Shown here one piece after another: positions 25,285 to 38,657 of a DNA stretch of 64,000 bases. Where the stretch lies: NCBI GenBank assembly GCA_003344405.1, contig NOWV01000237.1, forward strand, positions 1 through 64,000. Reading direction: 5' to 3'. The stretch comes from Trichoplax sp. H2 (Eukaryota). The notes beneath the pieces were generated by a model. That model made no database searches. It was not told the origin of the DNA and worked only from the letters and a program-made list of their open reading frames with translations. A program made the position numbers and the translations under genes. How positions within the stretch are numbered: position 1 is the first letter of the stretch; each line of letters starts with the position of its first letter.

Positions 25285-27327
25285 TAAAGAGTGATGCTTG
25301 TATCACTCTTTATTGTCAACACGAACTGGATGATGGCGTTTATTTCCACTCAGGACTAGTCAAGAAGTCTTGGGGACTTCTAGATATACTTCAAGTATTT
25401 CTAGAAGTCCATGGTCAAATTTAGGAATTAGCTATACTGCACCCTAGGATATGGTCACAGTAGCGTTCACTTGGCTAGTAGCTGATGCAACTGTGCTCCT
25501 GTTCTTTGAAACGCACTTATAAACATTCTACATTGGATTACACTGCACTGTGGTTCAAGGGACGAGCAACAACATCAAGGCAGAAGAAAAACGATAGAGC
25601 AAAACAATCGAGATTTCGCTTTTGCAATATGGTGAACGATCATTTTGCAGTCCTTCGATCGCTTTTGCTGTACTCCTCATCACGGATCAAGTGGACATAC
25701 GCCAGAGCAATATCATAGGCGTTCAACACCATATTAGAGTATATATCTGTAATAAATGCGTCTCACAATAACAATCTTAGTCAAATGGCATTGTCTAAAA
25801 GGCTTTTAATTATAAGGTTTTAGGAATAGTAGAGCAATAATTAATTACTACAAGAATCTGGTCTAAAATCGAAAGTATTCCGAGCTCAAAGCCGCTTTGA
25901 AGTCTCTTCTCCCTGGTGAGCTCATCTCTGCAGTTCTTATGTAGTGTACATTTAGTTAAATTCATTTATGATAACCTGATAACTCTACATCAGACATGAG
26001 TCATTATACAAAATACTTTACTCTAATAGTACATCATTATTTTCTACAATCTAAATCCTTCTACTTAAGGTGTCACTACTCTTCTATTAACGTCTAGCCC
26101 CTTTCTCCGAAGGGCATCTTAACCACTACAGTCTTTCTAGCTACATCAATCTTGTACCATCATTAGTCAACTGGCTGCTATTAGTTATTAACAGTTTCTG
26201 ATATAGTAGTTAGCAATCATCTAATATTAGCTTCACGGTAATATCTATTCAGAGTAACCTAACTATATCAAATATAGCTATCCGTAAAATCAAATATGGG
26301 TATATCACTACAATATCAATGAAAACAAGTGGAGTACATGGCATATAAGTAGAAAGCAACGAAACAACCTTTATCCTGATGTTTTCCGTCAGACTACTTT
26401 ATGTACTCTGGTATCAATGAAAACAATATAGGATTTGTTTCATCTGCGTCCAATTGCATGATGTGAATTTAAATAATTCATTTTCCAGAGGTGTTATAGC
26501 ATTGTACTGAGCGATCTGTTCGCAATCAAGACTTTAATGCAGTAAATGACTACTTGGGAATTCATTCCTGTGAAGAGTACAGTTCAAATGGACACTTGAC
26601 CAGTAAAATAAGTTAGTCTGGTCGTATTAGACAGGGAAGTGTTGTTGCCAATCTCATTCTCTCTCTTTGGTATTTACTAGTCCCCTATTGGATTACAGTA
26701 CTACAACAGTCACAGTGGCTAATTGCAAACAACAAGTGCTGGAAATGAACTACTAGATGCGATATATTGAGTAGTCCCTAAAGTAATAAAGTTATCCAGT
26801 AGTAGTCAAGATTGCACACTCCATATAGGAGAAATGCTTACGATGCAACTTGGTCTAACGCATTGACAGATTGTTTTCTCTTTAAAGTCATACAGTACCC
26901 TCATAATTGAGTATCGATATCATAGTGTACAACCAATAGAGTTCTTCAAAGGGATAGAGGATTCATTTCCGTCCAGAATCAATTGCAGGATAATGTATAA
27001 TCTGATTATGAATAATTACAAAATAATCAAGTCCTAATAATAAATTGATTGATCTAATTTAGTCAATAAAAGTAGATAGAGATGGAGACCTATCGCATAA
27101 ATTGTTGCCTACTACAGTATTGATTGGACACTCTTGTATCAATACCTCGATACGCCGCGAAACGTCATAAACTCGCTATGGAGCTTTTACGCATGCGTCG
27201 TCTCTACGTAGCAACGTCTTGACGTTCCTTCAGCTTTCAAGAGTTTAGATTTTAAACTGGCTCTGGATTTCCAGTTGGAACAATAGTTTCTATGCAACTG
27301 TAAAACACTTACACAATAAATGCAATA

Positions 27328-29218
27328 ATGTCTGATGAAGAAGGCGAAGTGATTAGGGATAAGCAAATTAAAGTAGTACTCTTAGGCGATGGTACTGCGG
27401 GAAAGGTAATGTACAAATTTGAATTCAATAATTAGTATAAAATAGAGGAGAAATGGATTGACGATAGCAATAGGATTCGTACGATGATGATCGATCTAAG
27501 CAACGTTATATCTAGAGGAAAGATATTTCTTGTCATGCTATGGAAAAGATTTTATTATAGTTTTGATAACATTGGGATAGGAAAGAATAATGCCAATTTC
27601 TTTTTTAATCATTTCCTTTAATTTATGCCCAATAGACATCGATCGCATCTAGATATGCTCAAGGTGGTTATAATAGAGAATACCGTCAAACTGTCGGGCT
27701 TGATTTTTTTCTAAGGAGGATAGTATTGCCCGGTACGCTAATTGAAGGATTGAATTGATCCTATGTTAACCAAACTATATTACAGAATGATTCAATCAAT
27801 CTATCGCTCGAATTTCCATAAAAATCTTGCTTTTATGCCAGTCTTTGATAAATCAGTTAAAAATTGTATTAACCGGCAGAATTTATATGTATATATACAA
27901 ATCATGATTAGGTGATGTTCATGTAGCAATGCAAGTTTGGGATATTGGTGGTCAAACATTAGGTGGCAAGATGGTTAATAAATATATTTACGGCGCTAAG
28001 GTGATGAACGTACTGAAATGAAAGATTTTTCACTTTTGAAAAACTACTCTATTGTATACATGGACATAGACTTTATATTTTACGAAGTGGTTAACTTTAT
28101 ACCTTACTAAAAATAATATATTTTGACTTTACAACAATTATAGGCTGTTCTCTTAATTTATGATATTACCAATCCTAATTCATTTGAAAATTTAGAGGAT
28201 TGGTATTCTCTTGTTCGGAATATGTTTAAATCAGAAAAAATTCCTCATATAGCAATAGTCGCCAATAAAAGTAGGTATTTACGACGAAGGATGCCTTATC
28301 GAATATTATAATGTAGCTAATACGCTGCATTTTAGAGCTGTTTAGATAAACATAGAGAATTATACATGTATACGCATAGAAACAAATCACATAGTATTTT
28401 TTTAAGGACTACCCTGCATTACTGGTTAAAAAAACAATATCTATTTATCTGCCACTAGAAGAATCACTAAGCAGAATAATGCGCTAATTGTGTATCATTT
28501 CCACACTATTAAAACTGTCAAACTTTATATCACAATTAGTAGCGTCTATAAATTATTGTCAAGGACTTTATTTATAATTATAATGACGTATTTGATAATG
28601 TGCAATTTAGTGGATTTAGAACATATGAGAGCAGTAAAGCAGGAAAAACATACTAAATTTGCTCAAGAACACGGATTTTCCAGGTTTGAATTGACTAACA
28701 GTAAAATTTTCAATCATTTATAAAGTTAAACATGAAATTTTTCAATACTTTAATTGATACTGTATTTTTGGTTTATTATTTATTTGATGGCATTACTTGT
28801 CTATTTGACCCTATTAGCCATTTCATTTCGGCAAAAACAGCTGATCAGGTAAGCTGCTAATAGCTATGAATCTTGATATAAAAGAGGAATTATTTTTACT
28901 TCCATTTGAATTAATTTAAATGTCTTATGATTAGGTTGAGACTTGTTTTCAGCGAGTCGCAGCTGAGGTTTTAGGGATAAAGTTATCAAAGCCGGAAATA
29001 GAAGAAACTTCGGTATGTTTGCCTAACTTCTTATCAAACACTGTAGTGAATATATTCTACCTTTAAGTTAGGCCTGCTATCTCCAATTTGGTTTCAATTT
29101 TATCTATCAATCTATGTAGCGAGTAGTAAAGGCCGAAATTGTCAAGTATGATGGTGAATCATTGGCTAATGCTATGCCACCAGTCAAACAACGAAGTATG
29201 GCTTGTACGATTCAGTGA
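27328..29218 (+). CDS. RAB28: Ras-related small GTPase Rab28, 8 exons
   Basis: Spliced protein [104 protein letters not shown] in G3 and a single CaaX box (CTIQ) are Rab28 hallmarks. Confidence 0.96.
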
Positions 29219-31239
29219 TAGAGAAATATATGGGAGTAAACTATGCAAAAAATAGAAATAAATCTTGCAGCCTCCAATCTGTAATCAAATATAGAATATG
29301 GAAGGTTATGTATAGAGAACTGGATTAAGATACCTAGTAGATACTGGAGACGTCAGCTATTTGACATGAAAAATGATACATTTTCATTTTGGAGTCTTAT
29401 GGCAAGGTAACACTAGTGTAAATAAGAAGAGCCAGTATTGATAATGTAAAGAACTGATCCATTACATAGGATTAATGCATAAAAATTTTGTAGTTATCCT
29501 CGTTATTAGTTCAGAATGATACCTAGAGTGGGTTGACAAGTATATTACTGCAGGCGGCACCATGTTAAGCGATTTATGACGTACATATGTACTAGTACAT
29601 GCACATCATTTCTTGCTTGAAATGATACTTGTATGTAATACGTATTATTTTATCCGAATTACTTTTCTCAAATATTGAGAGCTAATTAGAACCAATGTGA
29701 CTATCTTCTACGGAGAATGATATAATTATATAGTAGTACAAATGCCTTATAATAAATATAAAAATTGTTAGTGTGCATTGATGATATAAAGATAACATTT
29801 AGAATCAAGTAGCGAATAATAATAATTAATAATTTCGAATATGCTCATGTTTTCAATTAACGTTAATAAAAATGTTCTCATCAAATTGTTACGCTTAACA
29901 TGCTATTATTGAAAGATATTTTAATTTTATATCCAAAGTATGGACTAGTAGAAACTTGGAATACATCTTTATTAGCATGCGATTATAGAACCTGATTTGA
30001 TTTCATTCTCTAATCTTTGCTAACCCTAAATAGTTACGTTTTATATTTTGGTAGATTGAGAAAGCTCTAGTTCATTTAATTCAATACTTCTGAAAGCAAG
30101 ACTGCTAAGCTGATCAGGTTGCGTTATTAACTTAGCGTAGTAAAGTAAGGGTGTAATAACTGCTTCTAGTAAGTGAGAGCATCGCTATCGAGGGGTACAA
30201 CCATCTGATAAGGCTTATATTGCCACTGTAGGTGAAGTTTATTTTTATGAATAATATTTTATCGCTTGTTTTAGGTACATTGCTCTTATCCGTGCTAGTA
30301 GATTATGGTGCCATTAGAATTTTGAATATTTCAACTTTATGATATATAATCTCTTGATTTGAATGTTATTATTTGCATTGTACAATAACATTAGCTTGAT
30401 CTGCGTAAGTAATATTGCTACTTAATAATGGCCTCTCTGTAGAAATGCGATAGCATTCATTAACATAATCGCTAAGGCTATTGAGTTTGCAATTCAACCT
30501 ACGCCTTTATTGGCCAAATGCCTAGTGGTAATTATTTTTTTTTATTAGGACGGTTAATCCTCTCACCGATGCTAAGGCAAGACGGGTCATTTTTTTTATG
30601 GATTTTAAGAATGCCTTTTAATGAGCTTGTACTGGAATTTTTAAGTTGTATTGGTAATATAATCGCTACTAGTATTACCGTAGTAGATGGAGCACTAAGG
30701 GATAATGTTTAGAATTCTTTTTTGATAGAGTAGTGTGGAAATTGAATTCTTTAGTAGTTATTCACTGCGAATACGGTATAACATTATATGCAGTTGTAAT
30801 AACGCTATGCTTTAGATACGATAGATCAGTTTCAATATATCGTCGTCTTACATACGATATTTTACACGTCCATTAACAGATTGCAATACCGAAATTTTAC
30901 GTTATTTTACTCCGTTTCCATCAACTTTTCAATAGGGTGATGAGCAAGTTTGGACTGATCTTACTCAAGATTTTTATTGGATGATAGCACTGTATAAAGC
31001 TATAATTTAATTGAATATATATATATATATACGCGTCTATATTAATTATAAGACATTCATATACTGTATATTGAGGCCAATCCTACAAATGTCAAACTGT
31101 CTGGTATTGACCTCAACATATATATTGTAGTAGGGTAATGAAGATGCTAATTTACTATTATAACACACACCGGTGATACTGTTAAGTTGCAAGTCGTTGC
31201 AATGACACTCTTGGAATTGCTTTATCCGCAGAATCAATC

Positions 31240-31950
31240 AATCAATCCAGTCACTATTTACAGATAAAATCGTATGTAGTACTCAACATCTACAGAATGA
31301 TGGAAGGGACTTTGGAGGACAACTGTAGCCTTTAAGTCCAAATGATGATAGAATACTGTGTACTGTAGTTGAGGGATTACGGACATGTTTGAACGGGCCT
31401 ACAATCCAATCCGAGATTGATGATGGAGCACTGAACAAGCATTATAATTATCAGGGACTTTCCTCTTATAAGCCTCTATGATGATGATGATGATGCAAGA
31501 GAGGACATTTTTAGAGACAACAGCGGCCTTCAAGTTCCTATGGTCATAAGAGTAGTTGTGGAAATTAGACTGGTCTACAGTACAGTCAAATCGTGTTCTG
31601 CACTGTCATCAAGTCGAAGATAGATCCTGCAGCACTGAACAACCGTCATCATGATGAAGGGACTTTTACAGATAGAATTGAATTGGTCTACAGTACAATT
31701 AAATCGTTTCCTTCACTGTCAAGTCCAAGACAAATCATTGGATTTCTGTAGCAAACGTCAAGATGAAGGGAAACGGCCATATAATAGTTGTATTCCTTGA
31801 ACTGGTCTACAGTACCATGGACTACTCAATGACATAGGTCATGGTTATCTAGTAGTCCATGACAGTACAATCCATTGGTGTTGTTCATCGTCATCTACTT
31901 AGGGGTTGTCATCATGATGGAAGTTCAATTGGCCATACAGTAGTAAAGTA
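31240..31950. repeat. Eroded tandem repeats (~115-bp period) next to the young array
   Basis: TGGTCTACAGTAC recurs at ~31571, 31685 and 31803. GATG(G)AAGGGA recurs at ~31299, 31653 and 31762. Confidence 0.55.
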
Positions 31951-31954
31951 ATTT

Positions 31955-32760
31955 ATGCAAAATGATCAGGCCTATTGGCCATGGCTACAAACATCCTAAT
32001 GTAAGGCAGTTTGTTTCAAGCCTTCTCCAGTCCAAATGGTCATAGAGTAGTACGGTAGAGTAGTTTGTGTGCATCATCATGATTGGCTATTAACCATGGC
32101 TACAAACATCCTAATGTAAGGCAGTTTGCTTCAAGCCCTTCTCCAGTCCAAATGGTCATAGAGTAGTACAGTAGAGTAGTTTGTGTTCATCATCATGATT
32201 GGCCATTACATGTCTAATGTATCAGTAGGACAGCTTAAACGAAGTGTATAATAAAATTTAAGCAAAATGATCAGGCCTATTGGCCATGGCTACAAACATC
32301 CTAACGTAAGGCAGTTTGTTTCAAGCCTTCTCCAGTCCAAATGGTCATAGAGTAGTACGGTAGAGTAGTTTGTGTGCATCATCATGATTGGCCATTAGCC
32401 ATGGCTACAAACATCCTAATGTAAGGCAGTTTGTTTCAAGCCCTTCTCCAGTCCAAATGGTCATAGAGTAGTACAGTAGAGTAGTTTGTGTTCATCATCA
32501 TGATTGGCCATTACATGTCTAATGTATCAGTAGGACAGCTTAAACGAAGAGTATAAAAAAATTTAAGCAAAATGATCAGGCCTATTGGCCATGGCTACAA
32601 ACATCCTAATGTAAGGCAGTTTGTTTCAAGCCTTCTTTCTCCAGTCCAAATGGTTATAGGGTAGTACAGTAGAGTTAGTTTGTGTGCATTATCATGATTG
32701 GCCATGGCTACAAACATCCTAATGTAAGGCAGTTTGCAAGCCTTTCTCCTATGCAAATGG
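31955..32760. repeat. Minisatellite with higher-order structure (~115-bp monomer, 305-bp higher-order unit)
   Basis: CATGGCTACAAACATCCTAA at ~31980, 32095, 32285, 32400, 32590 and 32704. Linker GCAAAATGATCAGGCCTATTGGC at 31957, 32262 and 32567 (305-bp period). Followed by (GTT)n at ~32788-32809. Confidence 0.96.
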
Positions 32761-33386
32761 TCCCAGGTAGAGTCCCAGGCTTAGGATGTTGTTGTTGTTG
32801 TTGTTGTTGATTGTGGTGGCGGGCGATTTTAATTTCCCGTTTGACTGACCTGCATTGTACTGTAGGTGTACAGTAAGTACTGTACTGGAAGTCTTTTCGT
32901 ACTGCTCAACTGCAGCCTGGTCTCCTGTAGACGGTCATGGTACAAGGCTATAGTATAGACTACACTATGATCAGTTGAGTCCGGAATAGTACACAGTACT
33001 ATAGAACAAGAGGCATTTTTCCGCCCAAATTAGCCTGCTACTACAGTATATCGAGTACAGTAAAAAGTGACGGAGGCTACAGTAAAGTACTGTAGTCAGT
33101 TGGTGGCACTTGGTACTGACTAGCCTTGGTAGGAGTGATGCTGGATCACTCATACATAGACTATACAAACACCTATAATGGATGTCTTTCAACTGAAAGT
33201 CAACTAGGCAGTTAAGAGGTGCAGGTTCGGGCACGATTGGGACCGGATGGGTCTTACTATTATTTCTGTACTGGACCTAGCTGGAGTGGCAGTTATTTCT
33301 TGCATACAAACAGCCTAGTCAAAAAAGGGTAAAATTAATCCACATTTCATTGGTGCTCAACTGCATTCTAGCAATGATCCAAAAGG

Positions 33387-36300
33387 ATGGATGATCAAAC
33401 TATGGAAAAAGTAGAATTTGGCATATTAGAATGGGCATGCAGGTGTATCTGTCATCGCTTTATTACTAGTTTTGAATCGGATGTGCGTTGGAATGATGTC
33501 ATTGTGGGTAAGTGCACAGATCGATCGACTCATCGTTGATCAAAACATGCAAAACTTGTTTTGATCCATGGCTAGGTATGGATCGAGTAGAAAGAATTCT
33601 TGTCTGCCTTGATCGATGTCTTCTAGCGGTAGATATCGTTTACTTTTTCATCACTTGCTATATCATGATACAGTACAAGAGTCTTTTCCAGCCCTTGATG
33701 GATAGGATAGCTGTAGAATATTTCAGTTTTTATCAGTTATTGCTGTCTATCATTTCCAGACTAGTATAGATATACGCATATTTCAGTTTTCGTCAATGCT
33801 AGCTAGATATTATCAAATATCTTCCCAACAACTCTCAATGTATTGACGCAATAGAATGGAGAGAAAGAATTCTATCCAGCCTACAAGATGAAGGTTTCTC
33901 AAAAGATTGAAGATATAGTAGTATTCAGTTTTGGTCAATTTCTAGGTGTTATACTACAGAAAGAATCACTCCTAGCCTTGAAAGATAGGATAGCTTAAAA
34001 GGATCAATGTACATTCCTTTTCATCAATTTGCACGCGTCTATCTCACAAGCTTTGTGCTTAGACGTACATTATAGTATTTTCGCATAGAAGGATTAATGA
34101 CTTACAGTATTCTATAAGTTACGTTGTACAGCAATCGGGTTGGAAATGCCGTATCTACAGTATGCAATTTGTTAAATATGCATTCATAACACGCTTCTGC
34201 ATAGTTAATCCCCTTGCGATATCGACGTTAGCTGTCATGGCGAACCTCGATTCCTAAAATGCAAATCCAGCCATACTCTACTACTACTTCCTAAATAGTC
34301 CATGATTGCACCACGCCTAGGTACATGATGACGATACCTACTTTAGCTGTCAAAGCCAACCTCAATTCCTTAAATGTAAATTCAGCCTGCTCTTCTACTA
34401 CTTGAAAATAATCCATGATTGAGCCATGATAACAGCAAGTGAAGAACGAACAAAACACTCTTTCATAACCCAGTGTAGAACACGTTCAAGTAACACCTAT
34501 TTTATCCTCAGTTAGTTTTTGTCTTGGAGAGACAAAAACGCATGCTGTACAAGTTGGACAGTTTACAGTAGCAAATTAATTTACTATATTCAGGTTTTAC
34601 GACTTCTAGTACGAGGGTTGACGCCATGGTGATATTCAATGTCTTGTATTCTATTCTATTACAGCATTATTACCAGCGATGGACACTACCAAAGCCAGTA
34701 GCGAATTAAACTTACGATTAAAACTGGCAGCAATGATTATTCGATTGCTAGAAATTGGACAAGCAGACACTAATACTGTCGATACAAGCAAAGTCGACGT
34801 CGACACTCTGCATCCGTTGGAAGAGTTAATGCGAATATTTAATGAAATTGCCTCATCTTTTCCATTTTCCAAATGCCAGCTAGAGGAAATGCGAGAAGCT
34901 TTCAAAGTTCAGGTAATACCATTTGCCAATAATGATCGTGCATTTGTTGTAATCAGTAACACTTATACCTAGTGCAATCGATGCGCAGTTGTTGACTAAC
35001 TGATGTAGGTGTAGATGTATGGCAAATCATGATGTACTGTAGTAGTGTCTTCAAACTCGACATACTGACACTGTAGCGTTAAAACATATATGGATAAAAG
35101 ATCAGGACTGATTATGCAAATGTCACTGTGGCGATAGCTTTGCATTTCTATCATACTTGTAAATAACCTTGCATCATACAATGGATACTACAATAAAAAG
35201 CTTAGGTAGTTATTTCTCGTCGTAACCAGCTACAAATAAATAATTCTTACAATCTTGTATCAAATTTTACAGCTATTTGGCGAATTATAGAGTGGATACT
35301 ACAGTATATTCTATCACTTTAACGCAAGTTTATGAAAGTATAATATTGTCGCTACTTCAATAGAATTAGTAATGTCTCATTTTGCTTAGCTTTTGCCATG
35401 ATAGGTGATTTATATTTCTGGTATGTTAATGAATGACTGATCTGATTCTACTTGCAATGTTGCGATTTTTCACAAGTTTAAAGCAATTCCTTTTATTCGT
35501 TGTTATAATCTCTACTTTAGTTACAATTATTGTAATCTTATTCATGTCGTAACAAATTTTGCGTACGCTTTATGTAATGGAATATCAATTCAATCGCTTT
35601 TAGGCTTTTCTCTGTTGTTGTCGTAGTGGCGACTATCCAAGAGCCAACGCTGTATTAGAAAGACAATTTGGCACCGGAAGACATAAACAAAAGGTAAACT
35701 AGTATTGAGCTCATGACCTGTACGTATGTTGTCGATATTGCTTTTAATTTTTTACTATTTCAACTTATTGCAGCTAGTGGTCATTACCTTTAGTCTTATT
35801 CTTCATATATTATGTAATATCATTAATAGATTAGATTAAATTGCATGAAAAAAGTCAATCAATAAATGAAATGTACTAAGTTTTAATCACATTTGATTAC
35901 GGTTTATTACAATTATTCGATAGAAACGTCGTGAATTACACCAGCTATTGACTCAATTACAGTACGGTGAAGCTATGTCAGACTCTGAAAGTTACACCGA
36001 CTTTCTTAGAAACCTGGGTAAATTTTTAGAAGATCCTATCAAGAAATTCAGTATGACCCCGCTGCACCTGTTTATAACTGAGGTAACGCAGTTACTATTA
36101 ATCTTTATGATATCATAGTCTTACTAGATTAAATAGAACAATTATTATTTAAGTGAATGATATCACGCTAGATCATCTCTTCCTAATAACTACAACTCAA
36201 TTATTCCTCCAAGCCATTTACTTCCATGAATATAAGTGTATCTAAATGTCAGTAGTGAATGAGTTATACTTCGCATAAATGTTATACCTATATCTCCTAC

Positions 36301-38657
36301 ACTCATAAATAGCGACCTTTTAGTTGAATTTGAATTAGTTCCTTTTCTTACGACTTATAATCTAGTAATTACAACTCCAGTTCGTCTTCGTATGGACTAG
36401 TACTCACATTAGCATATGCTGGAATTTATACAGTACGATAATAACAATAGTAAAAATGTTATGTGAACTGCTGTACGTACTTACCGACGTGGCGTAAGGT
36501 AACGTCAGAGTATGATGGGAGATGCAGTAGCATTTACTATGCTAATTCACTATTTTATTTCCGAATGCATAGAATGATCCTAGCGTGCCTGAAAAGGATG
36601 CTTTATCTAATGATGACAACCAGCCTCGCAGGTGAGGGTACAATGTACATACATTAACAGTCTTCTGTAGTAGTACTTCTAGAGCTAATCTAACCTTTTA
36701 GTAACATTTAAACTATTGACTGTGGAGCTCTTTTACACGTACTTAAATCTTTGCAATCCCGTTTATATATATATTACTACATGCAATAAAATAACTGTTT
36801 ACATCTTACCTCAGTGATGACGTTCAAGAGTCTGCTGATAAGGACATACATACTGATGAACCTCCAATCGGTAATCCTAAATACCAGCAATTGAGTTATT
36901 GAATATATTAAACGATGTTATGGAAATCCTACATTATGTAACTCCTATTATAAAGTATGCTCTACGGCATTATCGGCATTCTCTTTATTTGAGATGTATA
37001 AATGTTTACTTGCATTATTGTGCCCAAGTGTATTTGAAACGTTGAATTTGAATAAGCTCACTGGAGAGAATTTATCATTATTATCTCATATGATGTAATT
37101 ATACGCTTAGTTCCTGTCAAAAAACGAAGGAAAGCCACTCCTCGAAAAATTGTTACGATTGAGCCAATGTTAAACGAAAAGCCGCAAACGAGATTACAAA
37201 CAAGCAGCAATAGTGTATGTTATCTCTCTGCATTAATGTAGCTCTTAGTGGAAAAATTTAGTTCCAAGTTTCTTCTCGTAACTTCATAGAGTGCTATTAT
37301 TCTGGTAAGAATTTAGTTTGTAAGTGGTTTACTTGTTAAATTTAAATTATATAGCCTGCTTCCGCAAAAGTGAATGAAAGTGACCAGTTTTCCAGCCCCT
37401 CCGAAAGTAAGGAAAAGAAATCAAGAACTGCTAAACAAAAAGCTGTTCGCAAAATCGATCTGCAACTGTAAGTTGTTTACACTTGCTTTATGTACAGTAT
37501 GTGGTATATGAATGAAGTTTCTTTCACCTAATTTACTATCAAGAAACTCATTCGTTAAATATAATATCCTTATTGTATATTAAATTGTTCATAGTTTAGT
37601 ATCTCTGGAAGAGTTTCACATTTCTCCTTTCTCTTTTAAATCCAATTTTGTCGCTATATTTTTTTTAAAGAATTTATCAAATTGTTATTTTTAATACTGT
37701 TATTTTTACGTTGTATCAGCGAAACTACTGTATTCATTGGAAGGCGGAGATTGATATAATGTATTCTTACTTTTAGAGTACATATACCTTTATTCGTATA
37801 ATAGATATAAATATATATATTTGGAATGTGTTGTCGAGAATCTTATGACGATCACATATAGACTTATATGAGCAAAGGACATTTCGTTGCATTGCATTAT
37901 AATATCACGTACGATCATTGATATTGACTTCTAAGACTATTATTATTATTTTATTGAATATACAAGACAACGTTCGACGCAAGAAGAGGAGAATCAAGAA
38001 ATAGAAAATCAGAGTCCTTCAAAGCATTCAAGTCGTACGATCCATAGCTTAAAAAAGCCATTAGTTTCTTCTTCTCCCTCAACTATTTATGATTCAACTC
38101 CAAAAAGAGTGAAACCCGCATCAGATAATCCGGATAAGGATTTAACTCCCAAAAAAGCAAAATCCGCGGTACGAGTATCAGTTAATCCAGATAATGATTC
38201 AAGTCCGAAAAGAACGAAGTCTGCGGTGCGAACATCAAATAATCCCAATAATAATTCTACTACGAAAAAAGCGAAACCTATCATATCAACATCAGATGAT
38301 ACAGCTGATTCAGATACTAGTTCTACAAATCAGGAATTGACGAGGAAATTTCGTCGTCGCCACGGTCGTCAGTTATCTTGGCATAGTGATAGCATCGCTG
38401 GTGAATCGAGTGATGAAAACATATTTACTCGAATAAATAGAAATAGGGCTGCTATTACATCACCTCAGCCTAAAACGTTTCAAAAGAAGCGTATGAAACG
38501 GCCATGGAGTCAAAAAGAGGAAGATAATTTATCAGAAGGAGTGCAGTTATATGGCGTTGGTAATTGGGCTATGATTTTATCTGAATTTAATTTCGTAGCA
38601 AGAACGAACGTAGACTTGAAAGATAAGTGGCGAAACATGAATAAAAAAAAGGACTAA
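33387..38657 (+). CDS. TERF: Telomeric repeat-binding factor (TRF1/TRF2 family, shelterin) with TRFH domain and C-terminal telobox Myb domain
   Basis: Exon 1 33387-33507 (MDDQTMEKVEFGILEWACRCICHRF..) splices in phase 1 to ~34664-34911 (..HPLEELMRIFNEI..EEMREAFKVQ), then ~35604-35693 (AFLCCCRSGDYPRANAVLERQF) and ~35924-36082. These match the TRFH helices TPLES..IKIQA..C..G.F..A..V.ER.F. The last exon ends KRPWSQKEEDNLSEGVQLYGVGNWAMILSEFNFVARTNVDLKDKWRNM, carrying the telobox signature LKDKWRN. Middle linker exons are less certain. Confidence 0.9.
34228..34421. repeat. Two diverged ~80-bp direct repeats in TERF intron 1
   Basis: TTAGCTGTCA...AACCTC.ATTCCT.AAATG.AAAT.CAGCC...CTACTACTT...TCCATGATTG at ~34228 and ~34343. 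Confidence 0.75.

Noticed and set aside
30020..30030. CTAACCCTAAA telomere-like word near the TERF gene
   Set aside because: It is under two repeat units and expected by chance.
33787..33892. Candidate extra TERF exon in intron 1
   Set aside because: Acceptor phases do not fit, the region is a degenerate repeat (AGAAAGAAT..GCCT recurs), and exon 1 joins ~34664 in frame without it.
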